Part shown: piece by piece, positions 24,747-36,950 of the stretch
Position numbering within the stretch: position 1 is the stretch's first letter
How the letters are laid out: every line of letters starts with the position of its first letter
Notes under the pieces: generated by a model
The model's database searches: none
What the model saw: only the letters and a program-made list of their open reading frames with translations
What the model was told of the DNA's origin: nothing
Program-made: the position numbers and the translations under genes
DNA from: Tubiluchus corallicola
Lineage: Eukaryota; Animalia; Priapulida
Assembly (NCBI GenBank): GCA_030141605.1
Contig: JAQGDQ010000313.1
Span: 1-64,000 of the forward strand
Length of the DNA: 64,000 nucleotides
Direction: 5' to 3'

Positions 24747-25790
24747 AAGGCTGGCACTACGGTACGGTACGGAAAAAACTCTTAAAAGTACGATACGAAA
24801 TTACTGTACGGTATTTTTTCAACATCACGGTACGGTACGAAATTACGTACTTTTCCGTACCATTTTACTCACTTCTTGCAACGTTTGTGACGACTTGTTT
24901 TGTTTCTTGAGTGACGACTTATTGTTCTCTCCTAATTAACACAGAACACACACAAACAAAACGGCTTGATTGGTTTGCTTTGAGTGCAAAAGCGGTGAGT
25001 TGTTTAGAAGCGCCGGTTGTCAGTTCCCGTAAATTACCTTACCTTTATTGTTGTGCTTACCACGTTTGACACCTTTTCATGTAAATTATTAACTGCTATT
25101 TCTGAGATTTGTATAGGAATGTACTGCCGTGCACGGCAAAAATGGCACAAGTAAAAATGGCACGGTAAAATGGCGCCTTCTTTTTCTGTGCCATTTTTAC
25201 CTGTGCCGTTGTTACGTACAGTTGTTCTTGTTTCAAAAAATCTGCAGAGCTTGAGTACATCTGAGTTAAACTTGTGCAGCCTGCGTGATATTGTTACAAA
25301 TGATTTAAGCAAGACACTAGTGAGCACGTAATTTAAGACAACGATTAAAAAACTAGTTAATGAACGTAATTTGTCGTGTCTCCCGCAAAATTATTTAAGA
25401 AAAAAAATTTCATCTCGTGCATAATTTCGTGTAACTTTTGCAACCTAAAATACATGTACATAGTATGGAAGATCAAACAGCAGTTCTTTTTTACAGTATG
25501 AATAATTTCATAACAATAATTGATAAACTTATCCTCCAAAATTGCATCTTACAATTAGCATTAAAAATCTACATATTGTTTTTACTATGTAGTTTACTAT
25601 GTAGTACTATCTACATTACGTTTTTACTATGAACGTTTGTGCCACTCTTTTATAATAGATTCTACATGCGATTGGTACGAAATTTGGTACAGAATTACGG
25701 TGCGACATTTTATCGTACTAGTACGGTACGGTATTTTTTAAAGTTTCGAAGTACGGTATTTTTTTCGTACCATACCGTACTGCCAGCCTT
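24747..25790. mobile_element. Non-autonomous DNA transposon (hAT-like) with TIRs of about 32 bp and GTACG-rich subterminal repeats
   Basis: aaggctggcactacggtacggtacggaaaaaa (24747) pairs with ttttttcgtaccataccgtactgccagcctt (25790). Many (G)GTACG subrepeats occur at both ends. No TSD was recognised. Confidence 0.85.
25133..25220. mobile_element. Tiny nested MITE with aaaatggcac subrepeats
   Basis: Three copies of aaaatggc(ac) are followed by inverted copies gtgccattttt/gtgccgtt. Confidence 0.6.
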
Positions 25791-26197
25791 CGAGTTAGTC
25801 AAGATACAGTCTCGCCACCGAAGTGCATAAAAAAGAAGCTCATAATCAAAGCAAAATTTCCACGCACGTAATTGACAAAATTACATCGTTGACAGAAGAT
25901 TTTTCAATATATTTAAAATATTTTTTCCTGATTTTGAAGAGCTTTACTAATGAGACGAAACCGTCAGTATAAATTGCATTAATTTTGCGTTAATTAATTT
26001 TGCATAAATAAAAGCGTTAATTTTGGCGATGCCTTGCAAAAACCTCACGCCTCGCTGACAACGAAAATTTTCCGTTGAAAATCTGTCACTCCAAAAGGTC
26101 ACGCGTTCTTATTCGACACAAAATTGCAAGAAATTTACAACGTAAAAATTATAAAAGGAAAAATAAAAAATAAAAAAAGAAAGTCTTTGCCGATTTA

Positions 26198-26452
26198 GGA
26201 TTTTCAAGAATTGCTCCATAGTGTTGGAATAAGCTGCCAATTTGTTTCAAAGTTTACAGTAATTTAATTTCTTTTAAAAGGAAGCTGAAAACTCTTCTTT
26301 TTAAGCCGTATTTTAATGTTCAAGTGGTGAATATTTTGTAGACTTGTAACTGTATTACAGATTTTTAGTATTTTTATCTAAATATTTTTATTGTATAGCT
26401 CCTTTGGAAAAAATTATTGAAAGAACGCTTTATAAATATGCACATTATTGTT
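26198..26452 (+). mobile_element. L2-type LINE 3' fragment, part 2 with tail
   Basis: FSRIAP*CWNKLP......NLISFKRKLKTLLF continues part 1. It ends cgctttataaat...attattgtta, an L2-like 3' terminus. Confidence 0.75.
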
Positions 26453-28179
26453 ACTGGCACAGCAGTGTCTAGATTTGTTTTTTTGCTGGATTACTGCTGT
26501 GTTTACCCTGTCTGAATGGCAGGTTTCTTTTATTTCAGAATTCTGCCTGCCCAATGTCTACAACAGACGTGATGGACATATGATAGTGATCGTCATCACA
26601 AATAAAGCATTTCGCAGTTTATCGATCTTAGAAAAAATGTGGTCAGTAATCTTGAACGTAATGACTATTTACGAGCTTTTAGGTAGTTAAAATGAGTCTT
26701 TCTTCTGTTTGTGACATGATTACCGTTTTCTGACTTAGATTACCGAAGACCATTTGTAATCCATGGGCAGTTACTGATTGCAAAATGCTCAAAATAATTC
26801 CGAATAAAATATACGTTGTAAAAATAGAAGGCAGGTGTTCGTCTTTGCTAAACCGAGAAGTGAATATGGTAAAGTAAGGCTTGCAGAACAGTGGAAACGT
26901 CACTATAGAAATTACAATAGTGTCGAATGAAATTTCAGATTTAAAGGGAACGTAAGGGCAATTAAAACAGCCTGGCTTAATGAACTTTTACTTATAAAAT
27001 TTATTTATTTAGAGATTAAAACAAAAAAGGAAGGATTATATTGGATTAATAAATTAAAAATATTATTATTAATAAATAATAAATCTGATCGCCCTTTTAG
27101 CTTATATAAGGAAACTATACTTTAAAGAAGAAAAACGGCATAATTATACGTTCGATTTATGTTAAATTTGCTGCTGCTGTTTCAATGACATCTTACCTGT
27201 CCTGTCATTGTGTGACGGCGTAAAGTTTTTATTTGTAACTTTTAGAACAGTGAGTTGATTCGCTGTTACGCCGAAGACGATTAAGACGAAGACGTTTTAG
27301 TCTAAAGCTCAGCAATAAACCATCAATAATTTTGTGCGATATTCTTTAACTTTAATTTATTTTATAAAATAAATTACGCCGTTTAGTTTAGGCATTGTAA
27401 ACATGCCGATTTTGGCTGCCTAAGTAGCATGTTTTCGTCTAATCCAATTTCCGTTTATGATAAACCCTTTTTACTAATTGGTTGTACAAACTCGCTAAAT
27501 TTTAGCGTAAAATGTATAGATATGTACTGTAATTATTATTTAATAGTTTTGTTTAACAGTTTAATAACTACACAGTAATTATCTGTGTCACAGCTTAAAA
27601 TTGCATTAATAAAGTAAGCACATTTTGTGCTGTGTTTTTCTTATAATGCGTTGATTTACTTCTTATTAATTTTTCACTGATACTTACATTTTAGTATGTG
27701 CTGATCACACTTGGACCACACTTGGCAAATACATTATGTTTTTAGGATATATTCAAGTAAGAAATAAATTTCTGTTCTGTTCTGTACTGTTTAATAACGT
27801 CAAAATCAGATCTTCAAAATTTTCAATTTTCAAAAGAAAGTTTGCTGTGCTAATTGGGGCCACTTTTTTCTATGCAACAGCCCTGATTTGATGGTGTTTA
27901 TGTAGACAACATACGAAGAAGTCATTAAGAGAAAAAGTTATCATTACAAAAATGGCTGCTACTAATCCTATTGTGACTAAACAATCTCAGAACTTTGTGT
28001 CTCGGCCATAAGCACTTGCTTCTCCGATTATAACCGGCACTGCTAATGCATGTCATACTTTTCATAACTAAGTCTGCACCAAATAAATCGAATGTCTCAA
28101 ACGCAATTTGAATATTGAAAATCCAACCAGTGACATTAATAATTTTAATGATCGCCCAGTGACAACAATAATTCAGATC

Positions 28180-28860
28180 TGAATTATTTGTGTAATATAC
28201 AAAGCCTTGGAACTTTATTGAAACTTATTATAAGTTATATAACTGAATTTTGTGGATAGTGACCTTCTTGCGTCATAGTATGTTCAATTTCGCAGTTTAC
28301 AATTTTTTTTAGAAAGTCATCCTAACAGAAGAGCTGGTGGCTTCAGATTATTGTTGCTGTTCTAAAGTTACACTTCACTGTTATTTCTTTGAACTTATTA
28401 GAAAAATGCAATTAAGCATAAATTATCAACTTTCAATTATATTAGTTGTGATTTAATTAATTCCTCAATTGAGAATATTGTTCATATAATTAGTTTGGGA
28501 AAAACACAATTTTCTGGTTATTTCGATTTTTGAAAGACTGCATAGTTAATTTAACTGGCGTTCGTAGGTTTATCATTAACGAAGATTGTCATTGTGCTGA
28601 AAACTAATTCAGTTGAAGATTGATTTTTTGACAGCAAGCTCTCTCTATTAAATTAAAATTTGAATATTAGCAAGACATGAATCCAAAACACCATTAGCAT
28701 AACAAAAGTACCAGTAAACAGAAACAAACCCACAAGGCCTTTGATCAGGTTCCCGTCAATAGGCTACTTGCTAAACATAACGTTTATGGAACTGGAGATT
28801 TAATGGATGAAAAACTGGCTAACTGATAGAAACAGTTCGTTCAAGTTAAAGAGTTTAAAT
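28180..28860 (+). mobile_element. Highly decayed CR1-type LINE (endonuclease and RT remnants)
   Basis: CNIQSL...ITE..NRRAGG (endonuclease-like), KAFDQVPVNRLLAK (28734) and WMKNWLTDR (RT). Confidence 0.65.
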
Positions 28861-30469
28861 ACCTCAATCAACACTTGAAACGTCTTCCCGGAACACTTCA
28901 ATTCAATGTTTTGTATTTCTTGTATTCACTGATATCAAATTTGCTGTTGATACAAACTACCTCAACCATTTACTCAAAACTTTGATACGCCTTACTTGCA
29001 TATCTATATGACCTATCACATGGAAAATGCAATTTAATAAAGTTGGTGAGACTTCTAAAGATACACACGTGAATAAACTTAATCCTATGATTGATTACTA
29101 TTTTGCTGATGACTGATAATACTGTATTACTGTCTGCTAATGAAAAGATTGATCTGAGATTGGAGAATACGCTAAGATCATAATGGTATTCCAGGGTCGC
29201 TGTAATACGGAGAACCTGACCTGGAAGAACTAGTGAAAATCTTCGTTGCAGAAACAGAAGAGGACGATTGACTGAAACACCCAAGATTTTTAGACATCTC
29301 ACATTTTACATTTCATTTAGTTCGCATTTTAAACTAAATTGCATTGTCAGGTTTACAATCCGAATACAATCCCAAAAGTGTGACCGTTCAGCTGAATCTA
29401 CAGCCAGTATTATGTATGGGCATGCGCAGTCCACTTCTTTTAAAATTCACTTTGCGGTGAGCTTGACATCACGTTCAGCAAAATAAAAAAATGTTAAATA
29501 CGATTTGCGAATGCGATTTAAAACTAATTAAACCAATGAAAACAACACTCTAGTCCGAATTATCCTTCTCATCATTGTTGCCGTTATGACTTAAGATGTT
29601 ACAGTCTACAATTACATGTTAGGCAGAATATGTTTAAACCCCATTTGCCTTTAAACGTTTAATAGTCATTGAAATTTAGTTATTTTATTGGGGTTTGATT
29701 TCAAGTTGATGTTATAATTTGATGGAGACTCCCTGCCTTAACATTTGTAGATAAATGCAAAAGGTGAACGGCTTGCCAGAACGGGTTGGTACTCCCTTAC
29801 TACTTCTTGGATCTGTCTTTCTATTGAAGAAACTAGACGAGTGAACATGAGTAAATACAACAAAATTGAAACATTAAATTTGGATCTCAAGCTGATGTGT
29901 ATATATGCATATATATATATATATATACATCCTTGTATTTTGCCTGTTGTATGCCTTCCCAAGAAGCTATTGTAACAGGAATTTGTCTTTAAAACTAGCA
30001 CCAACTAGTGCTCTGTGTGGCTGTCGTGAAATTGTATACAGTAATCTGCTTGAAGGCTACTGTCCATACTATTACTAACTATTATAACACTAAATTTCCA
30101 ACTTTTTCTGTTCATTGAGACAACAGTTGTAAAATTCTTTCATAAATCGCAAATTTCAGTAAAGTTTTAATTAAAAATTAAAAAGCACACTTATTTATTA
30201 CACCAATTACAAATTTAGCGAAATAACAAATTGTCTAACTAAATTAACACCTACTGATCACGCTTATAACATTATATGTATACAACATAGATAGACAAGT
30301 TTTCATAAATAAATATCATTATCATGACGTACCAAAAGGTTATTCAAACTAATCTCAATGGTCAGTACAGACGTTTTCTCTAAACTCCATAAAATTTCTG
30401 AAAAATATTGGTAACACAGTTATACATTTTTGCACTTGTAAACTGATATAGCAGAACCTTGGTCATTCT

Positions 30470-31983
30470 TCATTTTTTCTGCAGTCTTAAGTTTACTGCA
30501 CTAAGTTTAGGGGAACCACCAATAGATGGCCTACTCAAATCATTTTGCTCATCTAACGTTTTTGACTTATTGGGTCGGTTATCGGTTACAATGTTGCTAT
30601 CAGGACTAATACTGGTTGTCTGTTTTTTCTTTGGACTAGGGTTCGCATTTTTTGCATCTTCATCTTTCGCTGCAGTTCTATCATTGTTTCCACCATAATT
30701 ATAATTAGTATCAACTATTAACAAATCATGGTCTTCCAGTTTAGAAAGAGGTTCTTTAATATTGTCATTCCATTTGTGACTTGGTGTGGTTGGAGTAGTC
30801 TTCTTTGGAGTGATAACCTTTTGTGCCTCAGACTCTGGTAATTCCCAGTTAAAGGAAGTTTCCATCTGTGAAAATACACCAAAGTCCTCATTAGAATCAG
30901 CATTGAAGATGGAACCAGCAACATATGGCATGCAGTAATCATATTCAAAGTCCCACTCCATGCCTCCGATTTCACTCGGAGTTGTGGCTGTTGCACTGTG
31001 GGTTGGTGTCGGTTGTACACATTCCTCAGCTGTTGGTGTCATTCCACTGTCAAAGTTTCGTTTTTCTGGACTAGAATCTGGTGGCTTTTCAGCCTTAGTA
31101 GGAGTTGAAAATTTTGAACTTTTTGATTGTCTCGTATCGTTGCTGGCTAGACTTGGAGTTCGTCCAACTTTCGTTTTCTCGCTTACTGTTTGAACAGACC
31201 CTCTGTGAGCTTCTTTGCTGCTCACATTACTTGATAGCCGGCCACTTTTTTTAGAGTCACCAATAAAGCTTGTTGGTCTAGAAGGTTTATCTACGCTTTT
31301 GGGAATCGCCCCTTTTCCTTTATCAGATTGCGCAGGATTATCTAAATTGTGTTCTATGTAACTGTCGACGTCGTACCTTTTCAGCCGGTTGTCATGATTT
31401 CGCTTTCTACGATGATTTTTCCTATTTGAATGATGATGTTTATGCTTACCATGTTTTCTATCTTCATCACTATGGTAACCACGCTTAGGTGATAGATTAC
31501 ATGTCCCCTGGAGAGGGCTTAAACTGCGTGACCGCCGTTTCATTTTATCATATCGATGCTTGCCTCCCCTAGGTCTCAGCAGTTTGATGTTGTGGAGGTA
31601 ATCATATGGAGTAGCATTTGCATGATACGGACTTGGAATAGACTCGCTCCAACTGGGTGAACTTCCTATGCCAGGAGAGGAGCCATCTTGTGAAAAACTG
31701 TTAAAAATATATGTATGCTCTTTTCGCTTTTCCTCATCATCATCCGAGCTGCCTTGACTGAGTGGTGTAAAACCATCATATTTGGAATGGGGTGACGTAT
31801 TGGTAGTGCCATCCCTAAACAAGTTTAGATGTTTTCGGCGAAGTCGCCGGCTTTTGTGGATATGAACAATCACTAATAGGATCACAATGAAGATAGTGGC
31901 TCCACATAGTCCGATCCCCAACAAACTAATAATGTTATCATACCAAGCTTTTGGTTTCTCTGTTAGATGAAAAGCGGAATCGT
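30470..31983 (-). CDS. gogo/THSD1: Gogo/THSD1-family receptor, coding exon 7 (TM and cytoplasmic tail)
   Basis: Acceptor ttttcag|AC at 31984/31983, phase 1, in frame with ORF 30470-31924. TM IISLLGIGLCGATIFIVILLVIV is followed by a basic stop-transfer segment, then a low-complexity tail of about 460 aa containing MEWDFEYDY..PYVAGS. Confidence 0.88.
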
Positions 31984-32761
31984 CTGAAAAAAAATCATTA
32001 AAATTAACTGAAAATCAGCAATGTAAGTATAATTTGCAATATGATGTTACATATTTCACTTAATCTAACTCGTTATCAGAAAAGAAAGGTTCAGAAGAAA
32101 AATATCAGAAGAAATATGCATAATCCAGTATTAATTAATGGATTTAATAAATGTCCTGTGTGTTTGGGGCGAGTTATTAAAACGAGGTAATTACATGAAA
32201 TTGTCGATGTTGCTAGGTGTCGCGACGGCATCGCAGCTTGTTTACATGCAAATGAGCACAAAACCGTGCTTTGGACTCATGTAGATATATTTATGCTCAT
32301 GTATTATTCGGCACCGCGAAGATTTCCACGAAAATTGTACGCTGAGTAATTTATTAACTGTTAACCCTAAATCTAGTAAAAAGGCATCAGAACTGAAATA
32401 GGATGATTCCCTCTGTATGCAAAAATATTAAAGTAATTTTTAGATATTGGCTAAATATAAGTAACAACCTTACAACAGCTATATTACCCAACAATATCTT
32501 AAAATGAGAGCATTAGACAATCAGAATATGATGTCACAGGTTAGCCAGCGACTTATAAAGTCTTAAAATTTTATCGTCAAAATATTTTGTAGGCACCCAA
32601 TTTGAGATACAGTTCTATGTCGCTCCTGCTTATGAAGTATATGGATGCTTCTTTAAATAAGATTATTAAAAGTATGTACTACTCAGCTTTTTGAAATGCA
32701 TAATTAGAATGTAAAACATGCAAAGAAGTGATTATACTGCAATATGTAGGCTATATTCAAA

Positions 32762-33610
32762 CCAGGGGCCGGATTCATTTACTGTAGTTACGACACTCGT
32801 ATTCTTAAGTGGAGTTTAGGCGCGCGGAAATATTTGCATCGAATTTCATCGAATCCATTCGAAGACATCGAATTCGTCTTATGTCCTTAGTTTGCATCCT
32901 AGTCGCTACTAGCTTCCGCGGGAACTAGACCCGTAATACGGATCAACTGATTCACCTTTTCGCATTTGGTCCTATTTGAGATCCGCATCCGCTAAAAATC
33001 CTAATTTGGTATTAACAGCTATCCGTGCTAATCTAGTAAATTAATTCAAATCCGCGATATGTCGTGATTCACAATCCAGCTTACATGGCTATTTTTAATT
33101 CAAATTCGCACAGTAATGTGCATTTTTAGCTAACATTGGTTTAAATAAATAAAAATATTTTAAATCAGTGGAAATTGCACCTTGTTGCAGTGTGTGGTTT
33201 GACTGGTCCACTGGATGGTTTGATTTTCATTGATTAATTGCAACTGTGAGAGCTAATATAAGCATATTCTCTATCTGATGTTGTTGTATTATTTTAACAT
33301 TAGTATGTTTAATAGCAAGTAAAAGATTTTACTACTGCTGCTGCTTCTATTACTACTAGTACTGTGGTATGTTCGTTTAAAGATTAACGAAGCTAATTAT
33401 TATTTTCATTTCGTTGTTATTCAACCTGGTAGCTTGTGATGAGTATAAATCTGTCATTTTCTTCCCGCAATGCTCCCATTGTTATCTAGTGCAGATTAAT
33501 ATCAAAATTAACATTGAAAATTAAAATCCGCATCCACTGGTTTGATCCGCAACTTTATTTTCGGTAAAAGATCTGCGATCGGATCCGATCCAGCCCACAG
33601 AATCATGGTT
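32762..33610. mobile_element. Decayed non-autonomous DNA transposon(s) with atccgc(atcc) subrepeats
   Basis: Starts caggggccggattc. Repeated atccgc/ggatc motifs occur at about 32940-33060 and about 33525-33595. Confidence 0.4.
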
Positions 33611-34799
33611 CGCTCATCATTGACTCAGACTCAAGCCTCAAGTACGTGCAGGATGTCCACAAAGTCCTTTTACATTTAAATAATATTTAGAATTTCGAAA
33701 AGCTACGTTATTCCCAGGTTCCAGGAAATCTGTCCACCTGCATTTTAATTTTTTTTCAGAATCAAAAATTAACTGAAATTTTTAGGAATCATTTTGACAT
33801 AATCATAAAACAAGTGATGTATTTATGTGCTTTTCAGCGCTCAGCAATTTTATACAAAAGTGTAACTGTTTAGTCTGTAAACGCACATTTAACAGCTTTA
33901 CATTTGTTCATAGAAATATAAAAAATCTATAATAGCATATTTTCCTAATTTTACTGGCTATAGCTGGAAGCAACGGCTTCACCAAAATTGTGGTGTCCAG
34001 TAATAGAGTCCAGTGCCGCTTAGAAATATTTTTTATATTAAGAATTTGTACGAGTATGTCAATGTAATTACATGTTCTTGAGCTGCAGAAAACCCAAAGA
34101 TCTTCACTGGAAGAAATTTTTACTTTTATACAACATGGTCAAAATCCCATGTACTCAGAAACTAAGAAATTATAAATGTGCTGGTAAAATATAAACAAGA
34201 TACCAGTAATATGTTGCTACTATCACGGCGCTTCTGAAATATAAAATTAATCATGTATTTTTATTATAGCAAAATCTTTTTGAAACTTATATAGTTATTT
34301 ACATTCGGCAATACACTGCAGAATCTATTTGTTTTACAATTCGCTTATTATTAACATTTTGCCGAATGTTACACGAAACTCACAGGGTGGATAGCCCCGG
34401 GATGAGGGAATGACGACAGTGTGGTGGCTTCTGACCTTGGATCATTGGTCGCGATCAATGAACGTCGATTTCAAGTGAACAGCATCGCCTCCTAAAGCCT
34501 GGAGTTTAACTGAAAGTGTGCCTCACAGGTATTTAGGTATTGTGAAGTAGATGTGTTCCTGGTGTTTTAAAAAACCTAGGATGGCTTAAGGGCTTTGAGA
34601 TAGGAACCAAACCGTGAAAATTCAGGTAATGTGTTAAAAGGTATGTCTGTAAAGTGTTAAAACGGGGTCATGTCAAGAAAGTAAATGCATTCACATATGT
34701 CCTAGTAATATTTTACAAGCTATGGCCATCCTGTTTACAATGATTACACACACAGTGAGTGTGCCTTGGCGATGTGCATCTAGCCATTAATTGCACCCA

Positions 34800-34900
34800 G
34801 CGCAGACAGCCCCACCGAGTTAAAGTCCTCCATGGCGTACTCCACCGAGGAACATTCCACCAGAGTACATTCCGCCGTTGTAATACTCCACGGCGAGGTG
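34800..34900. repeat. Degenerate GC-rich tandem array, period about 15 bp (actccaccgag/acattccacc)
   Basis: About six diverged units; probably a MITE subterminal array. Confidence 0.55.
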
Positions 34901-35359
34901 AGGCGCGGCGTCGCGATACATGGCAATCGCCGAACAGTCGAATGTGCACGAAGGCCCCACGTAGTGTTATTTATGTTAATTTAAATATTCGATTTGTTGA
35001 GTTTTAACGATGAGCCGCGCATACGTTCCAAATGTAACGTGAAAAGAAGTACATTCCTTAAGTTCATTACAATAAGATTAAGCTTGATGATGAAATATAC
35101 TATGATATTAACCAGCGAGTTACTTCTCATTCTTTTCTTAAAACTTTATCAAAATTTTATTAAACCTGATAATCACTGTTCTCCTTCTTTTCTTTGTGGA
35201 AACATTAGCTTGTTTTAGTAAATTGCTTCTCAAATTTCTTCTCAGTAAAGACAGTAACCTTAAAACAGCTTATTAAAATAAATCACTAAAAGTAAATAAT
35301 GACTCGAGCTTGCTATAGGTGGCGCGATGTGCCTAGTCAGTTGAACTGGCTTCACTTAC

Positions 35360-35609
35360 CTATAGCTTTATACTTGCATACGAAGCCACTGCCAGTTTTC
35401 AACAACCCAAGCAGGTCTCTCGGCGGAGTTCTGAACTCCAATGTGAGATGATTGGTCGAAGAAAGAAGGGAAGGAGGTACTTGCGTTCCAGAATGCATCG
35501 CTAGGAGGTTGGATGATTTCAAAATGCCGTCTCTGATTCGAAGCCTTTCGCTGTGTTGATTTAAATCAAACATTTCAAAAGAAATGTTAATCCGATGCCC
35601 CATGGGAGC
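35360..35609 (-). CDS. gogo/THSD1: Gogo/THSD1-family receptor, coding exon 6 (CUB domain, C-terminal part)
   Basis: tttag|GCT at 35610/35609 (phase 0) and ATAG|gtaagt at 35360/35359 (phase 1). APMGHRINISFEMFDL....ERLRIRDG....SG..VP..LLSSTNHLTLEFRT.....GFVCKY matches the CUB consensus. Confidence 0.92.
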
Positions 35610-36121
35610 CTAAAGAACGGTCAAGATTAATTGGGCCTGAATAAAACAATGTTTCTTTTGACACAAAAAGAAATTTTTATTTCAGTAAATCTGCCTTAAA
35701 ATGCCAACAAGGGGAACATCAAGTTGTATACAATTCAGGTTGTGGTTGAAGTGTGTCCTGTGTAACATAAAAAACCCTGATTGGCATTTGTACTATAATT
35801 AGCTAATATTCACTTAGATCCAATACATAAATTAAAGTAAAATTGTATAAAACGAAAGGACTAATAAACATTAAATTCATTTAAGATAATACTGAAGTAA
35901 AATAATTATGTAAAGTGTTTAAACGATGACAATAGCAATAACATTAACAATAACAAAACCGTTACTATCGCTTTTGATAATGATGATCGTGCAGATGACA
36001 ACGATCAGGAAGACGATGACTATAATGACAATGATGATACCGATGCTGATTGTGATGATGATGCTGATACTGACGACGTTGACGACAAGAATAAAACTAA
36101 CATGAATAATAAGAAATGTAC

Positions 36122-36258
36122 CTTAATAACCCAGACTATGTTGCCGTTGCAAAGACGATGAGAACCTGTGACTATTCCGCTACTTCTATTTAGAACGCAA
36201 CCGCAGTGACAACTATCCTCCATAATGAAGCCAAGGAGCGGATCTGATGTGGTTGCAA
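36122..36258 (-). CDS. gogo/THSD1: Gogo/THSD1-family receptor, coding exon 5 (linker and CUB start)
   Basis: tttcag|TT at 36259/36258 (phase 1) and AAG|gtacat at 36122/36121 (phase 0). Encodes CHCGCVLNRSSGIV.....C.GNIVWVIK. Confidence 0.9.
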
Positions 36259-36770
36259 CTGAAACAACAAGAAGATGCTGTGGAAAACACGAAAATTCAA
36301 CAGCAATTCGTTAAAATATTGTTCTTTGCAACGATTAAATTGCTACAGTAAACGAGAAAAGTTTATTTATATGAAGAATGTCAATAAAACGGCGATGAAT
36401 AGCTGAATAGTTCCTAATCTAATATAATGATAATCAAATATCTTAAGGAAAAGCCTTTAGCCCTTAAAAGAAAGAAGTTAGAGCGGCAAATGTCATCACT
36501 AGAAAGCTGTGACATTTACGAATCTTTTCTACTAAAAATTTGTTTAGTTGACAGGAAAATTAGGGAGAATTAACTCTATAGCTACAGACGAATATTGCAT
36601 GCAACATCAGTTAAAGCATACTTAAAAGGCGGTATATTTTTTTTTATAAAAGCCATATATATATATATATTTATAAAAGCCAACATTTATAAATATCCAT
36701 GTTGCATTATGGAAATTCCAAATTAAAAATTTCATTTTAAAGTATTATGTGAGTATTTTAAAGTAATTAC

Positions 36771-36950
36771 CATAACATTCGGCATCCTGGCACACGCGCG
36801 ATTCTACCGGTGGTCCACGACAAAACTCCCCACCATTCTGGGGCTTTGGATTATCACAGATGCGGTAACGATTGCTTATGCCTTCTCCGCAAGTAGTAGT
36901 GCAAGATCCCCATTCACTCCAAGAGCTCCATCCTCCATTTATAACTGGAT
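36771..36950 (-). CDS. gogo/THSD1: Gogo/THSD1-family receptor, coding exon 4 (TSP1 repeat)
   Basis: tttttag|AT at 36951/36950 and G|gtaatt at 36771/36770 (phase 1-1). Encodes GGWSSWSEWGSCTTTCGEG...RYRICDNPKPQNGGEFC.G...ESRVC....C. Confidence 0.95.

Noticed and set aside
24747-24860. GTACG repeats as an array or regulatory system
   Set aside because: Explained as subterminal repeats of a TIR transposon.
34713-35007. Arg/Trp-rich ORFs as an extra Gogo exon
   Set aside because: They derive from a tandem array of about 15 bp, and exons 6 and 7 already join in phase without them.
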